From positions 26,966 through 90,965 of the forward strand of contig CAVPJF010000004.1 in the NCBI GenBank assembly GCA_963705185.1: a DNA stretch of 64,000 nucleotides, read 5' to 3'. Shown piece after piece: positions 53,363-64,000 of the stretch. The stretch's first letter is position 1; every line of letters starts with the position of its first letter. Position numbers and translations under genes: made by a program. A model generated the notes under the pieces. That model did not search any database. It was given only the letters and a program-made list of their open reading frames with translations, and had not been told where the DNA came from. Source of the DNA: an uncultured Bacteroidales bacterium. GTDB lineage: Bacteria; Bacteroidota; Bacteroidia; Bacteroidales; JAADJA01.

Positions 53363-53545
53363 TTGGAAAACGCATTGCTTGGTTTGATCGCTTTTGCCTT
53401 TTTACTGTTTATTATTGGGCTGGCAGGTAAAAGTAAAGCTGTAAAGAAAAAGTCGATGGCAAAAAGCGATTTTTATCAAAGGGTAACTGTTTTTGCTTTA
53501 ATTTTAATGTTGCTTAGTGCCATTGTTTATAGTTTAATAGTTTAA
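53363..53545 (+). CDS. Small two-TM membrane protein
   Basis: 60-aa ORF with two hydrophobic segments that fills the gap between operonic genes. Confidence 0.5.
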   Translation: MENALLGLIAFAFLLFIIGLAGKSKAVKKKSMAKSDFYQRVTVFALILMLLSAIVYSLIV

Positions 53546-53550
53546 TCAGA

Positions 53551-53916
53551 ATGGAACATCAGGTCGATCAGAAACAAAAGGATGAAAGAATGTGGGGCAT
53601 GTTCTGTCATCTCAGTGCTCTCAGCGGGTACAATATTTTACCAGGCATCGGATTTGTGATTGGCCCTTTGGTTCTATGGGTCATAAAAAAACAGGAATTT
53701 CCTTTTGTTGATGAACAGGGAAAAGAGGCGCTTAATTTCCAGATTTCAATGATGATTTACATGTTTGCCTCAGCCATTCTGATTCTTTTGCTGGTTGGAT
53801 TTTTACTTTTGATCTCACTGGGCATTTTTCAGTTGGTTATGATCGTCATTGCTTCTATTAAGGCCAATAATGGCGAGCATTTTAAGTATCCATTGTCCAT
53901 TCGGTTTATCAAGTAA
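53551..53916 (+). CDS. DUF4870-family membrane protein
   Basis: W...CHLS, GPLVLW..KK...FVDEQGKEALNFQIS and A.NG..FKYPLSIRF. Confidence 0.9.
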   Translation: MEHQVDQKQKDERMWGMFCHLSALSGYNILPGIGFVIGPLVLWVIKKQEFPFVDEQGKEALNFQISMMIYMFASAILILLLVGFLLLISLGIFQLVMIVIASIKANNGEHFKYPLSIRFIK

Positions 53917-53929
53917 TTTGGACAGGTAA

Positions 53930-54410
53930 ATGGACAAGCTGATTACAGGTTACATGACCTCTCCTCTCGGAACCATCCGGTTTGCAGCATTCCGGTAAAG
54001 GCATTTGCTCCCTGATTTTTGTGGACCATGAATTACCGGAAAGTGATTCTTATTCTGAATTGGATGAATGCAAACATCAGCTAAACGATTACTTTGAAGG
54101 AACGCGGAAAGAATTTGACCTCATACTTGATCTCGCCGGAACAGATTTTCAGAAATTAATTTGGATGGAATTACTTAAAATCAAATTTGGTCAGACATTG
54201 ACCTATGCTGATCTGTCCAGAAAAATCGGCGATATGAAATCCATTCGGGCAGTGGGCCGGGCGAATGCAACCAATCCGGTATCTATTATAGTTCCCTGCC
54301 ACAGAGTGATTGGTTCAGACGGAAGCCTGACCGGTTATGCAGGTGGTTTATGGCGGAAAAAATGGTTGCTCGAACATGAGCAAAAGCATTTTCAAATGAG
54401 TTTGTTTTAA
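53930..54410 (+). CDS. ogt: Methylated-DNA--protein-cysteine methyltransferase; 5' frameshift
   Basis: ATG 53930 gives MDKLITGYMTSPLG; then GTDFQ, RAVGRAN..NP, PCHRV active site and LTGYAGG. Confidence 0.92.
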
Positions 54411-54421
54411 AGAATTTGCAG

Positions 54422-54895
54422 ATGATTAAAATCGATCAAAGCTTAATTGCGGATTTGGCTGAGAAAGCAAGGAATTCAGATCGGAAGCGGATCAACTTCA
54501 ACTTTCATAAAGTTCCGGGCGACCCTTTGCAACGCCTGCTTAACGTGATGCAGCCCGGAACTTACCTGCAACCTCATAAGCACGAAAACCCTGACAAGCG
54601 GGAGGTATTTATTGCTCTGACAGGTAAATTTCTCGCTCTGGAATTCGATGAGCAGGGAAATATTGCTGATTCGATGATCCTTGATCCCCTTAAAGGCATA
54701 TATGCAGCTGAGGTTTCTGCACGAACCTATCACACTATCATTTGTCTTGAGCCTGATTCGGCCATTTATGAATTAAAAGATGGCCCTTATGATCCCAAGG
54801 ACGATAAACATTTTGCACCCTGGGCGCCAAGAGAAGGGGCAGAGGGATGTAACGAATTCATGAAGAAAATCCTTTACCTTTGCGGCCTAAAGTAA
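54422..54895 (+). CDS. WbuC-family cupin metalloprotein
   Basis: RKRINFNFH...LQRLLN.MQPGTY..PHKH...E...YHT...ELKDGPY...FAPWAP.EG. Confidence 0.88.
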   Translation: MIKIDQSLIADLAEKARNSDRKRINFNFHKVPGDPLQRLLNVMQPGTYLQPHKHENPDKREVFIALTGKFLALEFDEQGNIADSMILDPLKGIYAAEVSARTYHTIICLEPDSAIYELKDGPYDPKDDKHFAPWAPREGAEGCNEFMKKILYLCGLK

Positions 54896-54916
54896 AATGA
54901 TAATTTAATAAATCAA

Positions 54917-56289
54917 ATGGCTCAGCAACCTTCCATTCCCAAAGGCACCCGCGATTTTTCACCGGTTGAAATGGTGAGAAGGAATTTAATTTTCGATACG
55001 GTTAAATCTGTTTTCCAGCTTTATGGATATCAACCCATCGAAACTCCCGCCATGGAAAATCTTTCAACGCTGTTGGGTAAGTATGGTGAAGAAGGAGATA
55101 AATTGCTGTTTAAGATTCTGAATTCAGGTGATTATCTTGATAAAATCCCAAAAGAAAAATTTCAAAATCCAATCCAATCTGAGTTTACTGGAATTATTGC
55201 AGAGAAAGGCTTACGATACGATTTAACTGTTCCGTTCGCAAGATTTGTTGTTCAGCATTTGAATGAGATTACATTTCCTTTTAAGCGATACCAGATCCAG
55301 CCAGTCTGGCGGGCTGATAAACCACAGAAAGGTCGTTACCGCGAATTTTTTCAGTGCGATGTGGATGTGATCGGCAGCTCATCTCTTTTAAATGAAGTCG
55401 AGTTAGCTCTAATCATTAACGATGTATTTAAAAAGCTTGGCATCAGAAATACCATCAAACTCAATAACCGGAAAGTGCTTTATGGGATTGCCGAGTATAT
55501 TGGTGAAACTGAAAAGTTCTCTGCTATCACGATGGCAATCGATAAGCTTGATAAAATCGGGATTGAAAAAGTAACCGAAGAACTCGTTGTTGCAGGTTTA
55601 TCTTCGCAATCCATTGAGCCTGTTGAAGCAGTTGCTTGAGTTTAAAGGAGACAATCTGGAAAAAATTGAATTTTTGCAAAAAACACTCGGGGGAACAGAT
55701 TCAGGGAAAAAGGGTACGGAAGAAATGTCTTTTATTTTAAACCAGTTAGAAGAGCTGGAATTATCGTCCTCAATTGAGTTTGATTTAACCCTTGCCCGCG
55801 GCTTGAATTATTACACCGGAGCTATATTCGAGGTCGTTGCAAAGGATGTGAAAATTGGCAGCATTTGCGGAGGAGGAAGATATGATGACCTGACCGGGAT
55901 TTTTGGTTTACCGGGTGTTTCAGGTGTAGGGGTTTCATTTGGAGCCGACAGGATTTACGATGTAATGCTCGAACTCAACCTTTTCCCCGCTGAAACAAGC
56001 GCAACTACCCAGGTCTTATTTGTGAACTTTCGGTGAAAAGGAACAAAAATACTGCCTGCCACTTATAAGTAAATTAAGAGACGCAGGTATTAATGCAGAG
56101 CTATTTCCTGACCAGGCCAAGATGAAAAAACAAATGAGCTATGCCCATAACAAGAATATACCTTTTGTGGTGCTGGTAGGTGAAAACGAAATGAATTCAG
56201 GCACTCTTACCTTAAAAGACATGTCTTCAGGAGAGCAGGTGCAAACGACATTGGATTTATTAATAAAGAAGATTGCTGATAAAACGTAA
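54917..56289 (+). CDS. hisS: Histidine--tRNA ligase; two frameshifts (near 55620 and 56030)
   Basis: [46 protein letters not shown] and GGGRYD; the anticodon domain KMKKQMSYA ends at TAA 56289. TACCTTTG promoter at 54875..54882. Confidence 0.96.
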
Positions 56290-56315
56290 ATTCAACCCCT
56301 GATATCTTCATTCTA

Positions 56316-56645
56316 TTACAAATCCTCCTCAAACAGAATATTGTAGTACCGCTGAATAGTTTCTTCCAATTCAATAATAGAGACGAATTTACTGAAACGA
56401 CGATATTCTTTTCCTTCGAAAAACAGAAGGATGGCAGGATTGGCGTAAACACCAAAGTCTGCCGGAATTTCAGAGTTTGATTTTGAATCGACAAATACTA
56501 ATTTCATTTCCGGGAAGGAATTTACCATCAAATTATTCACTTTTGGACGAAGACTGATGCACGGTGCACATTCATCGTTATAGAAATAAACCAACAGGGC
56601 TTTTTCTTTTTCTATCAGTTTTTTCAGGGCGGTTGTTTCGTCCAT
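56316..56645 (-). CDS. Thioredoxin-family protein
   Basis: YFYNDECAPC (CxxC) and the cis-Pro region ANPAILLFFEGKE. Confidence 0.85.
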   Translation of the reverse strand: MDETTALKKLIEKEKALLVYFYNDECAPCISLRPKVNNLMVNSFPEMKLVFVDSKSNSEIPADFGVYANPAILLFFEGKEYRRFSKFVSIIELEETIQRYYNILFEEDL

Positions 56646-56879
56646 TTTTCAGGTGTTATTAAATTCACAAAAAAATAATGTCTGTCTTAAAAATTTATAC
56701 TTTTACCCGCAAATGTATTCATTTAGGTATGAACAGCTGGCATTTGAAATTTAAAATTAAAATCAACCGCTCCGCACTCTGGTTTTACTTGAATCCAAAA
56801 TGATCTCAACTATTTTTTTGAGATCAATCAAACTTTTAAAATCTAAATCTTAATTCACAAATGTAAATCGTAAATCAAA

Positions 56880-58403
56880 ATGACATATATAATAAAAGGT
56901 GCGGGATTAACCATAGAAGATGTTGTTAAAGTTGCCCGCCATAATGAAAAAGTTGAACTCCATCCGGAGGCATTGGAGCGGATAAAGAAGTGCCGGGCCA
57001 TGCTGGAGAAAAAAATTATTGCCGGCGAAATTATGTACGGTGTAAATACCGGAATTGGTGAATTTTCAGAAGTCGTACTTACAGATGACCAGGTAAAGGA
57101 ATTTCAAAAATATTTAATCTATAATCATGCAGCAGGAATAGGTGAGCCGATGCCCCTTGACTGGGTAAGAGGAGCCATGCTGGGAAGAATCAATGTGCAT
57201 GCACATGGCAATTCAGGTGTTCGGCCCGAGATTACCTTGACCTTGATTGAAATGCTCAATAAAGGAGTAACGCCCTGGGTTTGCAAAAAAGGTTCTGTTG
57301 GCGCCTCCGGTGATCTGGCTCCGATGTCGCAGATAGCGCTTTTGATGATGGGTGAAGGCAGGGCATATTATAAAGGTAAGCTTTATCCGGGAGATGAAGC
57401 CATGAAAAAAGCGGGAATTGAAATCCCGGGACTGAAAGCCCGTGATGGGCTGGCTACCATCAATGGATCGAATGTATTGACCGCCATGAGCGCGTTGTTC
57501 CTTTATGATGCGAACCGATGGCTGAAGCAGGCAGAAATTGCAGCAGCCATGTCGCTCGAAGCCCTGAAAGCAAATATGAAACCCTACATCGAAAAGTTAC
57601 ATGAAGTCCGCGGTTTTAAAGGCGCTGTGCGAAGTGCAAAAGCCATCAATAAATTGGTGCAAGGTGGCGACCTGAAAGAAGGCCGTGTGAAGCATAAAGT
57701 TCAGGATGCTTACTCCATGCGTTCCACTCCCCAGGTGATCGGAGCAGCTCATGATGCTTTGGAATATGCACGTTCACAGGTTGAAATAGAACTAAATGGT
57801 GTGGGAGATAATCCGATATTTTTCCCGGATGAAAATTTACAGTTGTCGGGTGCGAATTTCCAGGGATCTCCTGTTTCGTTGCCAATGGATATGGCCGGTG
57901 CAGCCATCACAATGATCAGCGTGATGTCGGAGAGAAGAATGAACCGTTTGAACAATCCTGCATTGAGCGTAGGATTACCCGCTTTTTTGACAAAAGGAGC
58001 AGGTATGTTTTCGGGTCTGATGCTTAGCCAGTATACGGCCGACACGTTAATTGTTGAACAAAGAATATTATCTATGCCCGCCTCAGTTCAATCTATCCCG
58101 GCTGCCGCCGACCAGGAAGACTTTGTATCGATGGGGATGAATACCGCTCAGAAAAATTTCCAGATACTCGACAATGCTTATGGCATCCTTGGCATTGAAA
58201 TGATGGCGGCAGCACAAGCACTCGATTTTCGCGAGTATAAGTTTGGCAGGGGTGTTACAAAAGCAAAGGAAGTTGTACGTAAATACGTTGATTTTCTTGA
58301 TATTGACCGTCCTCTTTATGATGATCATAATAAAATGAAAGATCTCGTGGAGTCATGTGAAGTACTTGAGGAAGTGGAAAAGGTTGTAGGAAGTCTTGAA
58401 TAA
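56880..58403 (+). CDS. hutH: Histidine ammonia-lyase (MIO-dependent aromatic amino acid lyase)
   Basis: YGVNTG, NHAAGIG, GSVGASGDLAP (ASG MIO motif), QDAYSMR, DNP and QEDFVSMG. Confidence 0.85.
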   Translation: MTYIIKGAGLTIEDVVKVARHNEKVELHPEALERIKKCRAMLEKKIIAGEIMYGVNTGIGEFSEVVLTDDQVKEFQKYLIYNHAAGIGEPMPLDWVRGAMLGRINVHAHGNSGVRPEITLTLIEMLNKGVTPWVCKKGSVGASGDLAPMSQIALLMMGEGRAYYKGKLYPGDEAMKKAGIEIPGLKARDGLATINGSNVLTAMSALFLYDANRWLKQAEIAAAMSLEALKANMKPYIEKLHEVRGFKGAVRSAKAINKLVQGGDLKEGRVKHKVQDAYSMRSTPQVIGAAHDALEYARSQVEIELNGVGDNPIFFPDENLQLSGANFQGSPVSLPMDMAGAAITMISVMSERRMNRLNNPALSVGLPAFLTKGAGMFSGLMLSQYTADTLIVEQRILSMPASVQSIPAAADQEDFVSMGMNTAQKNFQILDNAYGILGIEMMAAAQALDFREYKFGRGVTKAKEVVRKYVDFLDIDRPLYDDHNKMKDLVESCEVLEEVEKVVGSLE

Positions 58404-58514
58404 TATATGATGCTGGTCCGAAAAGCGATAAATCCGTCATGAGGCTGTCTCAAAAGTTAAATTTTGAATATTTTTTAACTTTGTGCACCTTCGTGTGAGC
58501 CTGCCTGATGTCAG

Positions 58515-59974
58515 CTACCGTGTGGACACAAAATGATTAAATTAGCGGTCGAAAAACAAATGGAGAACATAAGGCATAACCCAGATTATCATGGTATATT
58601 TTCTGATAAACGTTTAGACCAAAGGGGCAATAAAATCGGTTCTATATTATTAAGCGCAAGAAAGAGTAGCATAAAAGGATCAACTAAAAATGAAGCGGAT
58701 CAAAAAGGATTTTATCGGTTTTTAGAAAACACAAGAGTGGAGGAGCAACAACTGGTTAAGGAGATAACACAGCGCTGCGGCGATAACGCCGAAGGTGGGC
58801 ATGTTTATGTATTGGGCGACACCTCATCGATAGGTTTGAACGATCATCGAAACCGGATAAAAGCTGAAGCGGAGTTGGTCTTGTAGGCAATAAAACGGGG
58901 ATAGGTTTTTTAGTTCATTGCAACCTGGTTATAGATGCGTTTAGCCAAAACCTTTTAGGCTTTTCCGACATTTACCTATGGCATCGGGAGGAGGATAAGG
59001 CCAACAATACGACAAGGGTGTATAAAAAGCAGACCATAGAAGAAAAGGAATCCTACCGATGGATACAATCGGGCTTAAATAGCAAAGAAGTATTATCTAC
59101 TGCTCAAAGTATAACCATAGTGGAGGATAGGGAAGGCGACATCTACGAGCAGTTTTGCATAGTTCCAGACGAGAAAACACATCTGGTAATCAGAAGCAGA
59201 GACAATAGGAATTTGTCCAACGGTGAGAAGTTATATGATTCTTTAGCAGCAGAGCCACTGGCAGGATGTTATTCATTCGGGATAGAGGCCGACAAGCGGA
59301 AAGGTCAAAAGAAAAGGACAGTCCATGTAGAGGTCAGATATAGAAGAGTGCTGATACAAAAGCCAGCGGGAAGACTATCAAAAGAGATACCGAAAGAGCG
59401 AGTCCTCTATGCAGTAGAGGCGAAAGAGATTAACGGACCGAAAAAGGATTCGGTAAAATGGAGGATTTTAACAACACACACGGTCGTCAGTTTCGAGCAA
59501 GCCCTTTACATTATCAATATTTACAGACAACGATGGAATATTGAGCAGGTATTTCGGTTACTAAAAAGACAAGGCTTTCGGATAGAGGACAGTGAACTAT
59601 CAACGGGTTGGGCCATTAGAAAATTAACAGTACTCTTGTTGAATAATGTGTTGAGGGTAATCGAATTGTTACTGGCATATGGTAAGGAAGACAGCCAACC
59701 CATTGACGAAGTATTCAGCAACGATGAGTTATCCTGTCTAAAAAGTTTATCTCAGCAGTACGAACAAAAAGAAACTCAGGTGAAGAATATTTTCCCTGTA
59801 GATAAATTGGCTTGGGCTTCGTGGGTAATCGCCAGGCTTGGTGGTTGGAAGGGATATATTAGACAACGACCACCCGGACCGATAACCATGAAAAGGGGTG
59901 TAGATAACTTTGGACTAATTTATCAGGGATGGCTATTAGCTAAACAAAATGAAAAAGATGTGTCCACACGGTAG
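58515..59974 (+). mobile_element. IS4-family insertion sequence, 1460 bp, 16-bp perfect terminal inverted repeats, 10-bp target-site duplication
   Basis: IRL CTACCGTGTGGACACA (58515..58530) and IRR TGTGTCCACACGGTAG (59959..59974); direct repeat CTGATGTCAG at 58505..58514 and 59975..59984. Confidence 0.95.
58533..59974 (+). CDS. IS4-family (Tn5/IS50-like) transposase; frameshift near 58880
   Basis: F.DKRL..R, FYRFLEN, DTSS; EKESYRW, DREGDIYE, W..LTT, YREK motif Y.QRWNIEQVFRLLK, IARLGGW and PPG. The stop codon lies in the IRR. Confidence 0.93.
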
Positions 59975-60125
59975 CTGATGTCAGGCAGGCTTTGTGATCC
60001 TTTGTGGTTCAGTGTTTTATCCTAACCACAAAGGTGCACCAAGAAATGCTCAAAGAAACACAAAGGACTTTTAATACAGCCTCATGATGTCACGTTTGAC
60101 TTTAAGGAATGATCAAATGTTTTAA

Positions 60126-60575
60126 TTGTATAAGTCAATGGAACCCACTGAGGAATTTCGGCAAATAAAACATCGACAGTTTAAACGTCCTGAATTGCTA
60201 ACCTGGTTGTGTATTTTATCCTTTATTGGCAGCGGGCTGGCGGCTATTTCAAACTTGTTCATTTTCCTGTCCTATGATGAAATGGTAAACCTGACGGAGG
60301 AGATAAACCTTGATCTTCCGGAATTTGAATTGATGATGTCGGGTGGTACGAGATTCTTTTTTACAGGATTTATTCTGTATTCGATCTCCTTATTTGGAGC
60401 CATCTTTATGTGGAAGCTCAGAAAAATAGGTTTTCACTTATATACCGGAGCGCAGATTTTTATTATTGCACTTCCTGTCGCCTTTATTCCGGCATATCCT
60501 TTTTCGATGCTGAGTGTGCTGGTTACCGCTGCTTTCCTAATAGGTTATGCGGTACATCTTAAATTAATGGATTAG
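60126..60575 (+). CDS. Hypothetical four-TM membrane protein
   Basis: KRP.LLT.LCILSFIG...SLFGAIFMWKLRKIGFHLY; likely start at 60138. Confidence 0.75.
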   Translation: MYKSMEPTEEFRQIKHRQFKRPELLTWLCILSFIGSGLAAISNLFIFLSYDEMVNLTEEINLDLPEFELMMSGGTRFFFTGFILYSISLFGAIFMWKLRKIGFHLYTGAQIFIIALPVAFIPAYPFSMLSVLVTAAFLIGYAVHLKLMD

Positions 60576-60580
60576 TAAAA

Positions 60581-60997
60581 TTGTCTGGTATGGAAGAAAA
60601 TGAAAATCTGATTCCGGAAAATAAGAGACCGTTTTTTTTCTCCATCCTTTGTTTTTCTGTATTTGTGTATTCGGCTGTCTTTATTCTCATTTTCTTAGCT
60701 ACTGCCATATTCAATAATTGGATCTATTATGTGCTGAATGACTATTTGCCTGAGAATGGAGTTGAAAAATCAGTCATTCTCTGGTTATCCCTGACCGGAA
60801 TCGTATTATACTGTGGCTCTTTTTTTGGCGCCTTTTTAATTTGGAGGATGAAACGGGCTGGGCTTTATACCTTTTTAGCAGCTTCTGCACTTATTGCTCT
60901 TTTGCCCTATTTGTTTGGTTTTGGCAGCATTATCAATATGATAGTGTTTGTACTACTGGCTATAGCCTTTACTTTTTTTTACAGAAAATTAAATTAA
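60581..60997 (+). CDS. Hypothetical four-TM membrane protein, paralog of the upstream gene
   Basis: Shares KRP...LC and S.FGA...W.M(K/R)..G..Y motifs with 60126..60575. Confidence 0.7.
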   Translation: MSGMEENENLIPENKRPFFFSILCFSVFVYSAVFILIFLATAIFNNWIYYVLNDYLPENGVEKSVILWLSLTGIVLYCGSFFGAFLIWRMKRAGLYTFLAASALIALLPYLFGFGSIINMIVFVLLAIAFTFFYRKLN

Positions 60998-61288
60998 TTT
61001 GAAATATTATTGCAATAATAAAAATATTTACTTTTGGTACAGGTTAAGAATTGTAATAAGCGTTCAGTAAAAATTGATTAGAAATTAGCTTTTGCTCATT
61101 TCTTAAGTTATTAAACATTTATTGTTAATTTAATACTAATAATTATTTGTTTTGTAATAATGAAAAACTGTATTTTGTGGACGGTTTAAATAAGATGATG
61201 AATTTTGACAAATTGCTTATAAACATTAATGAATCATTATAATATAGTGTCGATGAAGTTAATATTTACTAACCTTAATTCTTATGTT

Positions 61289-64000
61289 ATGAGAAAATTT
61301 ACCCTCTTTTTTGCATTCATATTATTAATAGGAATGCAGTATGTTCAAGCTCAGGGCAGGGTTATTTCCGGTACTATTACCAGTGCCGATGACAATAAGC
61401 CCATACCTGGTGTGCAGGTCGTTGTTGAAGGAACGACCGTTGGAACGGTAACCAATCTTGACGGATTTTATGAGCTTGCGGTTCCTGCAAGCGCTAAAAA
61501 ACTGGTATTTTCATTTGTCGGAATGGTAAGCCAGACCATTGAGATTGGAACACAAACTACGATTAATGTTACCATGGCAACCGACCTTCTTAACCTTGAA
61601 GGTGTTACGGTTACTGCTCTCGGTATCTCCCGTGAAAAGAAATCATTGGGTTATGCCACCCAGGAACTAAAGGGAGACGAGATCAGCCAGGTGAAATCAG
61701 CTAACTTTATTTCCACCCTGTCAGGTAAAGCTGCCGGTGTCCAGGTAAAAACAACCGGAAACATGGGCGGATCATCCAACATCCTCATCAGGGGTTCAAA
61801 TTCAGTTACAGGTAATAACCAGGCATTGATTGTTATTGACAATGTTCCTGTCAATAACGACAATAACAATACCGATGCCCAAATCAGGGGCCGTGCCGGT
61901 TACGACTTTGGTAATGCTGCCTCCGACCTCAATCCGAATGACATCGAATCGATGACCGTTCTGAAAGGTGCTGCTGCCACTGCACTTATATGGTTCACGT
62001 GCCTCTAATGGTGTTATCCTCATTACTACCAAGAAAGGAACTCAAACCATGGCCAAGAAAAAAGTACTTGGCGTGAATATCAGCTCCAACGTTACCACTG
62101 GCTTTATTGATAAAACAACTTTTCCAAAATATCAGACAAATTATGGGGCTGGTTATGGCGCATATTATTATGGTGAGCTACCAATGGGTGGATTTGAAAG
62201 GATTTATCGATATAGATGGTGATGGGGAACTCGATTTTACTGTTCCCACTTATGAAGATGCTTCTTTTGGACAGAAATTTGATGAGAACCTGATGGTTTA
62301 TCAATAGAATTCATATTTCCCGCAATCCGAACACTATCAAACAACCAACCCCATGGGTAGATGGTGAAAACGGTCCAATTACATTCTTTGAGACGCCGTG
62401 GTCATTTACCAATAGTGTAGATGTAGACTGGTGGTGGCGAGGCTTCTGCTTTCAGGCTATCATATACCAATCAAGAACAATCAGGCATTATGCCAAACAG
62501 CACATATCCAAAAACAATGTTTTGTTCAATGGGTCTTATGACGTGGTTAAAAATCTTAAAGTTTCTGCATCAGTAAACTATGTTAATACCAAAGGAAAAG
62601 GACGTAACTCAACCGGATACAGCGATAATATAATGTCCTCTTTCCGTCAGTGGTATCAGACCAATGTTGATTACAAACTACAAAAAGAACTATATGAGGA
62701 ATATGAGGAAAATATCACCTGGAATCCTGTCGGACCTTATTTTGATGATGATGGTGTTCAGCATATCAGCTTAGCGCCGGCATACTGGGATAATCCCTAC
62801 TGGCTGCGCTATCAGAAATTATGAAACGGATCAAAGAAATCGTATTATAGGGTATTTGCAAGCTGACTGGAGGATCAATGATTATTTCAGTCTGATGGGA
62901 CGTTATTCTTTAGATACTTATTCCGAATTACAGGAAGAAAGAAAAGCTATTGGTTCAGCTTCCGGTGAATTTGGTGTAGGAACCACAGCTGGCCGAAGCG
63001 ATGTTACCTCTGGCTATTCAAGGTTTGATAAATCTTTTATGGAGAGAAACATAGATCTTATGCTGAAATATCAAAAGAATCTCAGCGAAAATTTCAGCCT
63101 ATCGGCATTATTGGGTATAAACAGCCGCAGAGGCAAGGGTCGACCAGGTATTTGCTTCAACTGATGGAGGATTAATTGTACCGGATCTTTATTCAGTTAG
63201 GTAACAGCTATAATCCGATGCTTCCCCCGGAAGAAAGATTAGCAGAAACCGCGGTTGATGGTGTTTATTTAAGCGCTTCGCTCGGGTTATAAGAGTTTTC
63301 TTTACATTGACGTTACAGGAAGAAATGACTGGTCATCTACTTTACCGAAAGACAACTGGAGTTATTTTTATCCTTCGATTTCAGGAAGTTTTATTTTTTC
63401 CGAACTTGCTAAAACCAACTGGATGAATCTGGGTAAAGTTAGAATTGGTTATGCTCAGGTTGGTAACGATGCCCCCTGGGGTGTATTAAAAGATACTTAT
63501 ACGCAAAATCCATCCTACGGAGGGACAGCCTTGTTCTCTTTACCAAACTCCAAAAACAATGAAACCTTAAAGCCGGAAATTTCAAAAAGCATTGAAGCTG
63601 GACTGGAAATGGCATTTTTAAAACGCAGACTAGGATTCGACCTGGCATTGTATAAAACTAATACAACCAATCAAAGTATTCCAGTAGCTACTTCATTTGC
63701 AACTGGTTATTCTTCAAAATACCTGAATGCTGGTGAAGTAGAAAATAAAGGTATTGAATTAATGCTTTATGGGGTTCCTATACCAAAGAAGACTTTAAAT
63801 GGGATGCCACACTTAACTTTGCCAGAAACATCAACGAAGTTGTTGAACTATTCGAAGGAGTAGACGTGCTCCAATTATCTGCTTTGCAGGGTGGTGTTAC
63901 CATTAATGCCCGAGTCGGTGAACCTTATGGTGTGATTCAGGGAACGGATTTTGTGTATGATGAAAACGGAAATAAGGTTGTTGGCTCTAATGGATATTAC
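61289..64000 (+). CDS. SusC/RagA-family TonB-dependent receptor; multiple frameshifts, runs off the window edge
   Basis: ISGTIT...PIPGVQVVVEGT..GTVT..DG, VTALGISREKKSLGYA, IRG, DLNPNDIESMTVLKGAAA(LYGSRASNGVILITTKKG), RNDWSSTL, LKPE and NAGEVENKGIEL. Confidence 0.95.

Larger units (their letters stand above)
58441..60083. mobile_element. 173-bp MITE copy interrupted by the IS4 element
   Basis: 58441..58514 + 59985..60083 reconstitute a 173-bp sequence collinear with 23931..24103; ends GAGGCTGTCTCAAAAG and CTTTTAATACAGCCTC. Confidence 0.85.

Noticed and set aside
54917-56289. hisS, truB, uppP and ftsX as true pseudogenes or programmed frameshifts
   Set aside because: These are essential or conserved genes with intact motifs and no consistent slippery-site signal. 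The window-wide indel pattern points to sequencing error.
58860-58900. Programmed frameshift in the IS4 transposase
   Set aside because: IS4-family transposases are normally single ORFs and no slippery heptamer is evident. The break cannot be distinguished from the background indels.
62305-62307. In-frame TAG in the SusC gene as stop-codon recoding
   Set aside because: It falls where Trp (TGG) is expected, in the most error-dense part of the window. TAG serves as a normal stop elsewhere, for example at 14794 and 60575.

Overview
A 64-kb chromosomal segment from a Bacteroidota (probably Bacteroidales) genome. The assignment rests on TAnnTTTG promoters, T9SS C-terminal sorting domains and a SusC/RagA receptor. 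The housekeeping backbone includes polA (5' part), a PIN-PhoH gene, an NtrC/sensor kinase pair, an M28 peptidase, truB-uppP-DUF3098-ftsX, a U32 peptidase, aspS, an Elp3-like radical SAM gene, ppk2, an LptF/G permease, two GT4 genes, ogt, hisS and hutH. About 17 genes, including essential ones, are split by single indels, which most likely reflects long-read assembly error rather than pseudogenisation. Accessory content: (i) a mosaic array of T9SS cargo proteins with a duplicated domain I do not recognise and orphan CTD tails; (ii) an 8-gene envelope operon at 24.2-34.0 kb combining LPP20/FlgT_N-like proteins, a transglutaminase-like Cys protein, a caspase-like C14 peptidase, a DUF4384-like protein and a YfaP-like protein; (iii) a 4-gene exported operon at 40.1-44.9 kb ending in a three-module LRR protein; (iv) an IS4-family element inserted in a palindrome inside a 173-bp MITE whose empty copy is also in the window; (v) an AT-rich gene flanked by a 16-bp duplication of the phoH-family gene's 3' end. 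Operons (ii) and (iii) are the best candidates for an undescribed system. No rRNA, tRNA or CRISPR array was seen. Domain calls come from motif recognition by eye, not database searches.
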